In this document: piece after piece, positions 19,827 through 33,794 of the stretch
Layout of the letters: each line of letters begins with the position of its first letter
Position numbering within the stretch: position 1 is the first letter of the stretch
Assembly: GCA_002104945.1 (NCBI GenBank)
Contig: MCFH01000053.1
Location: 248,001 to 312,000, forward strand
Direction of reading: 5' to 3'
Length of the DNA stretch: 64,000 nt
DNA from: Piromyces finnis finn
Taxonomy: Eukaryota > Fungi > Neocallimastigomycota
The notes under the pieces: generated by a model
Seen by the model: the letters and a program-made list of their open reading frames with translations, nothing else
What the model was told of the DNA's origin: nothing
Databases searched by the model: none
Made by a program: the position numbers and the translations under genes

Positions 19827-22145
19827 ATGTTGTTTAAATTAACAACAATAATTAATCTTGGTAAATATCATTTTATAAAAATAAATTAGTAAATAATTAT
19901 AAATAGAGAGAGTGTAGTATCAATAAATAAATAAATAAAACATTAAACATTCAAAAAGTTACAAAAAAAATAATATAATCAATTTATAAATTAATATGTA
20001 GTAGACATTAATATCTTCAACAATGAATAATAAATCAATGTACATTTTAAAATACTAATATAACTATTATATATATATATATTACTCTATTTATAAATAA
20101 ATAGCTGCCGTTGTTTCAGCTGTAAACACCTTTATTGGTGATTACAAACGTGCTGAACTTTTCGAAAAAACTGATGACTTTGTTCCAACTTTCAGAATTA
20201 ATTTACCAAAGGATGAATATGAAGCTTTCATAATTGATGCTAACTCTTATGAAGGTCCAGGTGGTCCACCAACCTCTGAAGATGGCGGTGCTCCACCACC
20301 ACCTCCACCACCACCAAATGGCGGTGTAATAGATTTTAATGATCCAGATGCTTTTAGAACTGAAGAACAACCAGCTTTTAACACAAAGAATGCTTCTCTT
20401 TCTGTTGAATTCAAAGAGTACGGATAATAATTTAGCAATTTTTTATTTTATTATATTAGTTAATAATATTAATAAAGATTTGATGTATATACCTAATGCT
20501 AATTAATTTTTTTCTACACAATTAAAATATTCTTTTATTCCTATTTTTTCATTTTAAAATTCAACAATTGAATTATTCATTATATAGTGAAGTTAAATCA
20601 TTTAAAAAAGTATCATTCTCTATTGGTGGAAGTACCTCTCGCCACTTTGCTAAACAAGGTTTCAATTTAAAAATTCGTGGAAAGGAAGATTTATATGGAC
20701 GTACTAATATTAGACTTCGTCCAGATTTCCGTGAACCAACTTTCTTACGTTCAAAATTAGCTTGTGATATCCAAAATCGTATTGGTGTTCCATCTATTTC
20801 TGCTAACTTTGCTAGATTATACATTAATGATAACTTTATGGGTTTATACGTTTTATTAGATGCCTTCAAACTTTCTTGGATTGAAGCCGTTTATGGTGAA
20901 AAGGATTCTACATCTTTAATCCAATGTAAATACATGGATAACAATTTAACCTACAAATATTCCATAAATGGTTGTATCAATGAAAATGACGAAGTTACTG
21001 ATAAGACTGAATGGGCTGATTTCTTAACTGCTTTAGATGATGCTCAAACTCCAGAAGAAATCGAAAAGGTTTTAGATGTTGACATTTTCTTAAAGAATGT
21101 TGCTTATGAATTTTTAGCTGGTTCTTGGGATCACTACCTTAGTTACGGACACAACTTCTATCTCTATAAGCCACAAAACAGCAATGTATGGAAATTATTA
21201 GAATACGACTTTGATTCTGAATTCGGTTGTGATACTTCTCAAGGTATTGGTGGTCCAGGTGCAGTCATTACTAACTTTAACTTTGCTGAGTACCCATTAG
21301 AAAAATGGCACAAGAGTCGTCACTTACTTGATGTCTTAGTTTACCAAAACTCTACTAGATTTGAAAACATTCTTAAGCAACAAGTTAAAGAAGTTTTCAA
21401 CCCAGCTGTTATTTTCCCACATATTGATAAATTAAAGGAATTCATTAAGCCATATGTTATTGAAGATTTCACTCCAGATGAAAATGGCAAATACCCAGGT
21501 AGAATTAATGAAAAGGGTCTTCTTCCATACAACATTACCCATTGGGATGCTAATAGTGAATTTACCACCATTAAAACTCTCAATTTCAATGCTGCTTACG
21601 GTCTTAAGATGTGGTTCCTTGAAAGATACAGATCTGCCTGTAAATTATACAACATTGATTGTGATGAAACCTATTTAGACGAGAACTTTGAAACTCCAAT
21701 CGACAAGTCTATTGAAGTTCCATTATACACTTCCTCTCGTCATCCACCACCAGCTGATGCTGAAGGTAGTACTACTGAAGTCCCACCAACTAAAACTGAA
21801 ACTCCAGTTACTACTGAAACTCCAGTTGCCACTGAAACTCCAGTTACCGAAAATAAATATGAATGTTGGGTTGCTCAATTCGGTTATCCATGCTGTGCTA
21901 AAAACAACAAGATTGTTTATGATGTTGATGCTGATGGTGAATGGGGTTACAACTTTAAAACTAAGGAATGGTGTGGTATTACTCCATACACTGAAAAGCA
22001 ATATGATGAAAAATGCTGGTCTGAAGACTTTGGTTACCCATGTTGTAAGGGTTGCATTGTTTATGAAGAAGATGAACATGGTCAATGGGGTTATGACTTT
22101 ACTGAAGCTACCTGGTGTGGTATTCAATCCTTCTGTAAAAACTAA
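19827..22145 (+). CDS. CotH-family kinase with signal peptide and C-terminal double fungal dockerin (paralog 1); exons 19827-19860, 20105-20417, 20588-22145
   Basis: Signal peptide MLFKLTTIINLAAVVSA. CotH motifs KQGFNLK, FMGLYVLLD, GSWDHY..GHNFYLY, YDFD. Two Cys-rich CW..GYPCC...WG...WCGI dockerins. Splice phases are consistent. Confidence 0.9.
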
Positions 22146-22730
22146 ATTTAAAATTTAGTTTTACTTTATTATAATAAAAAAAATATTTTAATAGAGTATT
22201 GTTTTTTAATTTAGATAATAAAATTAAATTGAAAGATTTTTTATTAAATAATAATAGAAAATTTTTTAATGTGTAAATTTAATATTTTGCTATCTAAAAA
22301 GAGAAACATTATAAAAACCTGAGAAGACAAAGTTATTATAATTTAATTAATATAGAATTATTTACCTTTTTCAATATAAAAAAAAAAAGATAAATAATGC
22401 AAATTTAAAAATAAACCCATCTTCTTATATTTATTAATATAAAAATTATAAAATAATTTTATAATAAAAAAAGAATAAAATTTAAGTTATATACATTTAA
22501 AAAAATGTTAGTAAATTATTTATTTATTACGATAGAATAAGTACAAAAATTAAAAAACGGTAGATAAGAATTATATTAAAAAATAATAATAATAACAAAT
22601 ATAGAAAGAAAATTATTACAAAAATAGAAAGAAAATAATTAAAAATTAACACAAAATTTATAAATTAAAAAAAAAAAAAAAAAAGAAACACAAAGTAAAA
22701 TTAAAAAAAAAATAAAGAAAAAAAAAAAAA

Positions 22731-22763
22731 GAAATAATAATTTAAATGAAATAAATATAAAGA

Positions 22764-22797
<34 letters not shown>

Positions 22798-23010
22798 GAA
22801 ATAATAATTTAAATGAAATAAATATAAAGAAATAATAATAATAATAATAAAAGAAACAATAATTTAAATGAAATAAATATAAAGAAATAATAATAATAAT
22901 AATAAAAGAAATAATAATTTAAATGAAATAAATATAAAGAAATAATAATAATAATAATAAAAGAAATAATAATTTAAATGAAATAAATATAAAGAAATAA
23001 TAATAATAAA
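22731..23010. repeat. Compound minisatellite, 5 copies of a unit with a variable (AAT)n tract
   Basis: gaaataataatttaaatgaaataaatataaagaaat(aat)n repeated five times. Confidence 0.85.
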
Positions 23011-24272
23011 AAAGATAATTAATTAAAAACAAAAAAAAAAAAAAAGAATAAAAAATTGTTTTAAAACTCAAAAGAATTATTAGTTTTTATATAAAAAAAA
23101 ACAGTAATTATGTTATTTTATATTACAATTTCCTAAACGTTTAACAACCGAGTTAACCTTTTAGATGGTTTTTAATATATTAAATAAATTATCTATGGTG
23201 TAAAACAAAGGATGGCTATTTCCTTTCTATGTTGTTTAATATTTCTACTTTTATTAATGTTTTAAATAAATGTAAGAAATATTAAAATTAGTAGGTATTT
23301 AATTTCAAAAAAAATACTCTAGTATTGAAATTCCCTTTTAACAAACATCTTTTTTTTTAAAAAAAAAAAATTTCTAAATTTCTTTAAACATTTACAGTAC
23401 AAAAAGTAGTATTTTTTTTTTTTTTCTGTCATATCCATGGAAATAAATTTTAATGAATCATCATATCATCCTACCTAATATTTCTTTTTTTTTTTTTTTA
23501 ATTTAAAAATAAGAAATGTATATTTCACACACACACACATCAAATAGATAAGGTAAAATTAATCAGTTAATATCTTTATACAATTTTAATATATATATAT
23601 ATTAAAATTGTATAAATTATTATTTTATATTTTATGTATGATTTATCGAATTTTTTTTTTTTATTATTTTATTTCAAGTGTCAAACTTTTTTATAAAAAT
23701 ACAATAGTTTTTTTATTGTAATGGTAAAAATTTTTAAAATTTTAATTTTAATGGTATTAGTATAAAAAAAATAATATTAATAATTTAAAAATTTTATTAT
23801 ATAAATATATAGAGTAAATATCGTACAAAAAAAATTTTTTTTTTTCAAGGTTTTAAAGAATAAAAAATAAAAAAATAAAAAATTATTCCATTTAAAATTT
23901 TTAAAGGATATAATTCTACATATTTATTTATTATATATATATTATATTAATTTATTTAGTCAGATAAATAAATAGGATATAAAATGAAAAAAGTTAAAAA
24001 AAAAAAAAAAAGAAATATATATATAGATAAATAAATAGGATATAAAATGAAAAAAGTTAAAAAAAAAAAAAGAAATATATATATAGATAAATAAATAAAT
24101 TAAAACAGGATATTTTTTTTTTTTTTACGAAATAATTAAAAATAAAATATAATAAAATTTTGGGATAATACTTTTAATTAGATATTTATGTTTTTTGTTT
24201 TTTGAAATAATATAAACAATATATTTTTTTTAAGGATAAAATAGTTGTATATTGAGTTTTTTTTTTTTTTTT

Positions 24273-26918
24273 TTAATCCATTTCCATATCAATATCTTCA
24301 TCATCCGTCGAATGTTCTTGTTCAGGATTTTGATAAAAATAATCCTCTTCATTATGCTCTTCATCAACTTCCGCTTTATCATGACTAGGTATCATTCCAT
24401 TTTTTGGTGAACTATTAATAATAACAGTTCGACTTTCTGGTAATACTGCTGTTGATGGTGGGATTCCAGTTGGTGAAAATTTTGCTGATGCATTTGATGT
24501 AGACTTTGATGATACTTTTAATTCAAATAGATTTTTCTGTTTAAAAGTTGTGACTTGTTTAGGATCAGAATCTCCAGATTTAGGAGTTGAGGTGACTAAA
24601 GATGGAGAAAGGTTAGTTTCTTTGGATTTTTGACTTTCTTTAGAAATTAAAGGTTGTTGTTGTTGCTGCTGCTGCTGCTGATAGGAAGAAACAGTGGATT
24701 TATTGGAGGATTGGGATGGTTTTGGTGTAACTTCTAAATAATCTTCATCATCTTGTTTATTTAACACTGGAGAGGAAAGAAGATCAACGGAAGAAGAAAA
24801 AGAATTACGTCTTATACTATTAACTTCACTTACAAATGGTGATGAAAATTTCATTTCCGTTAAATTATTACTGAATGAGGATATATTGGAAATATTATTA
24901 GAATCTAAATTATTATTTAATTCGGAGGTGGACGTTGTCTTACTCTTAAATATAAGATTGGGTGATTGTTGTAATAAATCACTGGGTATATCATTGGTGG
25001 TGTTTGGTGTAATCCCTACAATAGGGGGTGAAGTTGGAGAATGCTTAGTTTGAATTAAGAATGGATTGAAAACTTCTTTCTTGAAAGAATTGAGCTTTAG
25101 TCTCTTAGGTTCATTATATAATCCTTCATCGGTCATTTTATTATTCTGTTCCGAAGGATCATAAGAAGAGGGAGCATTTGCTGTATCAAAATGAATATTT
25201 TTTGATTTTCCTTTATTATTACTTTCTTCTTCTGTGGATTTCTTTTTATTTTTTTCATAGGTAGTAGCAAAACAACTTAATAAATCTTGCTGAAGTACAG
25301 ATTTTGTTTTAACTTTATGACTACTGCTACCAACATTAGTATCTCCAGTGTTAGAGCTTTGATCATCTTTAGTACGATCACTATTGGTATTTAGATCATT
25401 TTTAGAAGAGTCAATTGTAAGCGACTTGATCTTATTATTATCCACATTATCTGCTTCACCTCGACTATGTCGCCTATTTTTTATAAGAGATCGAATAATA
25501 CTGGAAACACTTGTACTAGTCGAAGCAATGCCTGAGGAAGCTGGCTTTTCTAAAGAAGGATTATTTGAGGAACTTTTCGATTCAATATTATCCTCGGGTA
25601 AGGAGGTACGACGACGATTAATAATATCACTAATGATATGATGATTAGATGGTGAGGTAAGAATAATATCAGATAAACTATCATCTTTACTAAGAGAATA
25701 CGGTTTGATTTCAGATCTTAAAGGTGAACTCAATTTTATTGTTGATGTTGAATTATTAGGATCATTGATATCAGGAGATGAATATGGAAAATCTTCTCTA
25801 CCTCCATTACCCATCTTTAAAAAGAAATAATAATCCTTAAGGTAATTTTGGTTAAAAATGTATGTGCTTTTTTCTTTGTCTTTCGTTAGCATTCCCATGG
25901 TTGTAGAAGAATACTTATCTTTTGACGTTGCAAAACTTTCTAGAAATTGTTGCGGTATTGGTGTTTTTAATGAGCTTTCTTCTTTACTACTATTTGATGA
26001 TGCTGACGAAAACACTAAATTTGTTATTTTTTGTTTACTAGGAGTCATAGTATCCAGTATATTCTTCTGATATAAAGGTGACTCATCATCAACACTATGA
26101 TCCTCATTAAAACTAGTATCTTTACCAATAAATGATGTTGATGCACCAAATCGGCCATTTAATTTACCAGTGGTTATTCCATTCAATGAATCGGTATTAT
26201 TAAACCTTGTTATTAAATTATTTCCTTTCATTTTAGCTGCTTTCATGGGAGGTGATAAACGATTCTTTGTTTCCATTGAATATTCATTTATAGTATCTTT
26301 AGAAGAGTCTTTTGGTAATTGTTTTGATTTAAGGGAAGAATATGTAGGTGTTGGTGTTGTATCTGACAGAATAGATGAATTATTGGCATTTTGTAATGGG
26401 GTATATATGCTATAATCACTATAGTTGATAAATGGATTAGTACTTGATTTTTCTAATTTATTATTCATTGGATTTATTGTTGGAGTAATATCAGGATCAG
26501 GGAATTTATAATCTTTTGACATAAAATAATTAATATTAACAGGTGATTTATCAAATATTGTATCTTTGCTTTCTTTTATTAGAGAACTACCATTATTATC
26601 ATCTTTAATGTTACTATCTTCATTATTGCTATCATATGAACAAATTTCCATACTAACATCTTTCGTATCATCTTCATTATTTTGATAATTGCTATTAATA
26701 TTAAACTCAATATTTGAAATTTCATCTTCATCTTCACAATTGTCTAATAGATAGGAAAATCCGAGTTCATTCAGTAATTCATATTCAGGTAGTGCACATC
26801 TTTCATCAACATCGTCATTTAATTTCATTTCCATTTTGATATCATCTATAATAATATATTAAAGTATTTATTAATATTATGAAAATATTTTCTTTTATTT
26901 TTTTTTCTTCTAAAATAA

Positions 26919-26966
<48 letters not shown>

Positions 26967-28811
26967 ACTATCATTAATGATAGTATAAAAATTTATATTT
27001 TCACTATATATATACCACTTAAAAATTTAAATCCAACGCCTTTGCTCATACTAATATTTGGTAATTCCTCAAGAGCTCTTTTTAACATTTCTGCACAAAA
27101 GCTATCTTCTGGATTTAATACCAATGCCTTTTATTATAAAAATATTTAATAATAGAAATATATATATTTTTTATTATTAATTATTAAAAATAAAGTATTT
27201 TTAATTTCTAATTATTACTGAATAAATACTAACACTGTGATAATTATAAATAGCTTCATCAAGATTTCCTTCAATTTGATGGATAAATGCCATAGCACTA
27301 TAAGCTTGAGAATTTGATGGATTTATTGAGAATACTTTTTCAAATTGTTCTTTTGCTTTATTATAATTTCTAATTGTTATTGAATTATTTTAAATAAATT
27401 CAAATGAATTAAAAAAAAAATAAATTTTTAGTAAATTTGAATGTAACTTCATCTTATTAATGATAAACGTCAACGTTGAAGTCAATATACATACCTAATC
27501 TTTCTATAAGCATGGCCTAAATTACAAAGAGTTACCTCCCATGAATTTAATCTCGATTGAATGGAATTAACATATTCTAATGCTTTTTCAAAATATGTAA
27601 TCGCTTTATTATATCTATCATAATATAATTTAATTTTGGAATAATTATTTTAATAATTAGTAATTCCATTAATTCAACTTTTCTCATTTTATCGATTTAC
27701 GAGTTTTAACATACTCTTTTTTATTATAATAAAGAACACCTAGTTCATTTAAAAGGGTAGGATCAGAATCACATATACTATAAGCAACAGTTAAAAATCC
27801 TTCAGCCAATTGAATATTATTTATTTGTAAATGTTGCATTCCTATAAACATTGCTGGAAGATGAATTCTTTAATTAAAATATTTTAAAAAATTATTCAAT
27901 CAATAGTATATATAGAGATATTAATTATTAAATATAATAAAAATAAAAAAATTAATTTAAATATAATAATAAAATAAATAAAGTTCTAGAAAGATAGATA
28001 GATTAATAAATTGATAATAATTTATACTATACCCTTGAAATAATTTAGCAGCTGTAGAATATGCAAGAATTGCTTGATCATGTTCAGATTCAGCAGCAAA
28101 TGAATGAGCAAATCCTATCCACGCTGATCCAAATGAAGAACATATAGTAGAGGATTTGCTATTTTATTTGGTTTTATTTAATTTAATTATATTTTGTATA
28201 GTTTAAATTTGTTAATTATTTATAATTTATGATTAATATTAAATATAATACATATATAATAAAATAAATACCTGAAATATCTTCTTGCTTCTGAACTTTG
28301 ACCAATTAATAAATAATAACAACCAACTGAATACCATGATATTTCATGTTCCGGATAATACTCAATTAACTGATGAGATAAATAAAATAAATCATTCTTC
28401 TTTTGAAGTTCAAATAAACAAACTATATGAAGTAATATACTATCCATATTAAATTTATCATTTTCTAAAATTCTATTTCATTTAATAAAAATGGAAAAAA
28501 TTAACAATTGATGATTTAATTATAGTATTTATATTACTATTTAAAATAATAGTATACCTTGTAGTTAATTCTAAACATTCTTTAAATTTACTTTGGGTAT
28601 AATATTTATTTGCTTGACTTAAAATAATGTCAGAATTACTACCAAGATAAAAGTCTTTATCAAGTCTTTCTAATGCTAAGTTTATATCATCAAGATATTT
28701 ATACTTTAAAAATAAAATAAAATAAAAAAAAGCATATTAAATGTAAATAATTTGAATTTTGATTAAATACATTTATAATATTTTTTTTCTTTATAAAATA
28801 ATATAAAATAG

Positions 28812-28867
<56 letters not shown>

Positions 28868-30321
28868 TTCACAAATATTATTATTTAAAATGTTAACCTT
28901 TTTGATTTTGGATATATATAATAATTTTATCAATTCTCCTTCAATTGTATCATTAAATTTTAATGACTGTATAAGATTCCATTCTTCATTTATATTATTA
29001 ATACAGAATAGTAATAAATAAAAAAAGTTGTTAAATAATCATTATTTCAATAAATAATACTTTTATATCATTATTACCTTCATCATTAGTTAACATATAA
29101 TTTGATATTAATAAATTATACGCCTTTATTAATAGCAATAATAATAATAATAATGTTAAGTTTTACTTTTAAAATTTATATATGTATTAGTATTTTTATA
29201 ATTATGATAAAGCTTACTTCATAACAATTAATATCGATTTGTAAAGCTTTTTTTAGAGAATCTTTAGCTTTATCATACTGTTTTTGTTTCGAATATATTA
29301 ATCCTTTTAAATAGTATAGCGTTGCTTCCAACTTATATTAAAAGATAATTAATTTTAAAACATCAAAATATTATTTTTTATTTTAAATTGATTTGTCTTT
29401 AATATTACATATTCTTTTTATTTATAAAATACTTACTTTTATTCCTTTTTCAATTTTTACTGATTTTTTCTCTTTAACATCTGAATCATCTAACTCTAAA
29501 ATATCTAATGCTTCTTGCCACTTTTCAAGTTGTATCTTTTAAATACATAGGTAACATATGTAATTTTATTAAATGAAAATTAAGAATAGATTTACTTTTA
29601 ATTGGTTATATTCTCTTAGATTTATCTCTAATTGTTTTTATTTAAAAAAAAAAATGATTTATACTTCGCATTGAACAGCTAATATACGACATCTTAAACT
29701 TTTTAAAACTAATTTATCTTTTAATAATAAGTGTTCAACCCTTGGGTATTGTTTCAATAAAAAGTATATTTGTGCTAACCAGTATATATCACTTGGATCA
29801 TCTTTTTTATTAAAAGAATTATTATGGATTTTTAAATAAAATTATAACTTTAATATAAAAAGTTTTTTTTTTTTTTTTTTTTTCATATTATTTTTAATTT
29901 CTATATTTTTATTTAATTTTTATTTTTATGTTCATTATCAAAGTAAATTTAGATATTAACCTGTAAGACTGTGAATTTTTTCTCCCCAAAATGCTGCAGT
30001 TGAAAATAAATGTTGTTCAATTGCATCATGCCTAAAAATTCTTAATTTGTCTATTAATGATTTTTTATTTTTTTGGGTATGAATATTTATATTGTTATGA
30101 ATTTTAACATTAGAATCAGTTTGAGAATTCTTGGAATTAGTACGATATTTATTTGTTTTTCTAATTGTTGGAAGAGTTTTTATTTCAGTTGAATCTCTTT
30201 CTACTGATTTTTTATTCAAATTTGAATTCTTTAAAACCGATTTTATAGATTTTCTCTTTTTTTTGTCTTCCTGTGATAATGAGGAGGCATCACTATTTTT
30301 TTGAGTTGCTGCCATATTCAT
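24273..30321 (-). CDS. CDC16: Anaphase-promoting complex subunit 6 (Cdc16/Cut9), multi-exon TPR protein; the 853-aa ORF 24273-26834 is its probable last exon
   Basis: N-terminal [85 protein letters not shown] phase-1 intron (27015-26846) joins the TPR body in frame to the long Ser/Thr-rich exon. Confidence 0.85.
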
Positions 30322-33300
30322 ATGCGTAACTAATAAATAACTTATTCTATATCAATCAATATTTCTCATTATTAAATTACAAATTTTGAAATTCAAAATT
30401 TTTAAAAATTTTACTTCACAATTCCTAATTATATAATTTAAAATAAATAGATATTTTAAATAAAATTAATTTAAATAATGAATAAATTAAAAATGGATAA
30501 TTTATAATTAATATTTAATTTTATTTTATAAATTTTAATAATATATTCATTATGCTTTTTAAATTTTTCTTTAATAAATTTAATATAATTTATAATTTAG
30601 TATAAAATTTAAAAAAAAAAAAAAAAAGAAAATTTCAAAAGCTTTTTTTTTTCCACTTTAACAGATATTAAATAAAAAGTGAAAGAGTTTTTTTAGTATG
30701 TATAGTTTGATAGTTTGACAACAATTTATTTAAATCCTATATAACTTTCTATATATGGATAAATTTTAATTTTAATTTCTTTTTTTGTATATATATATAC
30801 ATATGAAATTCAACAATTCTTATGTATAGAAATAAACGAATAACTTTTTATACTTGTGCCAATTTATATAATTTACTAAAATAAAAAAAAATAGAAATAT
30901 TAATAATACATTATTAACTTTTTTATCTGAACATCTGAACTATTCCTATTTTATATGTATAATTTATCATTTAGTGATTTTAAAAACTAAGTTTTTTTTT
31001 TTTTTTTGTTTCAGTTTTAATATGAAAAAAGATGAAGTTTAAACATTAAAAAGGCATGTATTTTCTATATTATCAATTATTCTTTTATAATTAAATAAAA
31101 TAATATTCAAAAAAAAAAAAAAAAATATTAACTTTAAATTTGTAATTATGTTTTTTTTTTTTTTTTTTTGACCTTTATAACTTTATATAAATAAATATTA
31201 AGAAATAAAAATTTTAATTTATTTATAATAATATTAAATACTTTTATTATAAAAATTATATGTTTTAATATAATTAAAATTATTATTAAAATATTTTTTA
31301 TATAATTGAAAACTCTTTTGTTAAAATGAATATACAATATGTGAGAAAAAAGTGATTATAATTTATTATTTTTGATTAATATTAATTAATATATGCATAT
31401 TTGTGTATATAAATTAATTGATATATAAATTTGTTTATAAAATATAATATCATACATTATACAGTTATTTTTTTAATATTATTTTCACCTATATATTTTA
31501 TTAAAATATTTATATATAATTTATTCATATCGAAACCTTTTTTTTTGTTTAGTTTGTGTAAGTAGTAATATAGAGATATAGATATATATTATATTTTCTT
31601 TGCTAATATGATATTTCTAAACATTGTAAAAGAACTTTTTAATTATTTCTGAAATGAACACAAAATTCTTGTAATTGTCATACAATTCATCTTTAGTAGT
31701 ACAAAATTCATTCTAGTAATTTATTGTAAATTAGTCCAAGACTTTGAACTTACTTTTTATAATCTTTCTTTAGCTTAAAATAAATACATCTTGTATATTT
31801 GATATGTTTTAAATGATAGTTATTTAAAAAATATGAATTATAATAATTTATTTAAACAAATTATAATACAAGTATATGTTTATAACATTAATTACAATTA
31901 TTTTCGTAAAATCAAACCTAATTTTATTTTTTAAGTTTTAATTATCAAAAAATATATATATAGCAAGTATATAAATATTATAGACATATTTAATTAATCA
32001 TAAATTATAAAAGAAAATTTTCTATAAAATAGGTTAGATTATATAAATAAGAGTTTATTAAAATTATATTTACTTTATTAAATATTTGCCCAAAAAAAAA
32101 AAAGAAAGAGAAAAATAATGTTAAAAAAAAATCATATAAAAATTTGAATGATGATTAATTGTAATAAGCTAATAAAATATAAATCTATATTTATAAAAGA
32201 ATTTAAAACATAAAACATATTAAATGAAATAATATTTGATATCATACTATTAACTTTAAAAAAAATTTAAAAATTATCAATTATTAAAAAAAAAGAATTA
32301 TAATAGATGAAATTATAAGGATGAAGATTAATAAAAATAATATATAATATGAATTATATTAATATGTAGCTGTTTGAATTTAATATTCATCAAAAATATA
32401 AATGGTTTTATTCTTTGTACAATACTATAATGAATTATAATTATATTTAAACATTTACAGGATTCCATCATAATATAATTTATAGGATCATATAATGAAC
32501 ATAGAGATAAAAAAAAAAACTATTTTAAACATATATCAAGGAAAGGTTCATATTTTCTCTATATTTCATAAAAGATAGCTTCAATAGATTATTTATAAAA
32601 TATAAACCTTATCTATATTTTAAAAATATTAAATGTCTTTAAAAAAATATATTTTAATATTACTATTAAGTAATTATGATTACAATAGTTAATAATAATA
32701 ATGATTTATTAAATGTCAAAAATAATTTTAAAGATGAGAAAATCTCCAAATTTTAATTACTATTTTTTGTTACTTTTATATACAATTAAGATTTATTAAT
32801 TTCTTGTGTATTTAATATGTCATATTTTCTGAAAATTTAATTTTATGTAAAGTAAAACTTTAATGAAGCAATAATATTATTATTTTGATATCTGCTACAC
32901 CAATATTTAATATTATTCAAAAAAAATTTTTTTTATTAATTTTTTTTTTTTTTTATTTTCTATAATTAAAAATTAGTATAAAGTAATGTTTCTATATTGT
33001 TTTTTAATATTAAAATGTTTATTATATAATAAAATTACATATATTAATTGCCAATTACAATAAATAATTATTTGTTAAATAAATTAATGAGTCTAAATGA
33101 CTTACATTAAATAATATATAAAATAATATTAATTTTAATCTCCATTTACATATTTAATATATTTCATCATAAAACATTCTTAATAAATATTAAATCAAAC
33201 AATAATTTAATATCCAAAAAAAGTAGTTTTTTTATTGACGTAATTGTGTAACACTGTTTATTATATATTTGGAAATAAATATTACATTTTTTATATAATA

Positions 33301-33794
33301 AAACATCAACTCATTAATAAATATCATTTTTTAATTTAAAATTTGACCGTTTTTTCTAATATTAAATTAATACATATATATTGACCAATGACATTTTAAG
33401 TTTCATTTAAAATATTATTGTAAAAATACAATATAAATTAAAATCATATTAAAATATAAATAATAATTTATTTTATTGATTAAAAAGTTAAAATAAAATT
33501 AACATTATCTTTCTTTTTAATTTCGTAATTATTTTTTTTTTAATCAATTTACTCTTATTTTAAAAATCTGATATATATATTAAGCTATTCTCTTTTTTTT
33601 TTAACATCAAGTTAAATTTTTTGTATATATTAATTATTTTTATAAAATATTGTAATTTGTATTATAATTAGTTTAATTATAAAATTATTTAATATACCTT
33701 TGTAAAATAAAATAATATTAATTAATAGTAAAGCAATATTCAATTTGTAAAATAAAATAATATTGAATTAATAGTAAAGCAATATTCATTTAAG

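Noticed and set aside
26926-28853. Long A runs in CDC16 introns as retroposon tails
   Set aside because: No flanking TSD or upstream element. They read as intronic poly(T) on the gene strand, and homopolymers are common throughout the window.
33699-33788. Two-copy repeat of about 45 bp just before the CotH-2 ATG, and a similar duplication at about 23960-24100
   Set aside because: Simple slippage-type duplications of AT-rich DNA with no evidence of function.
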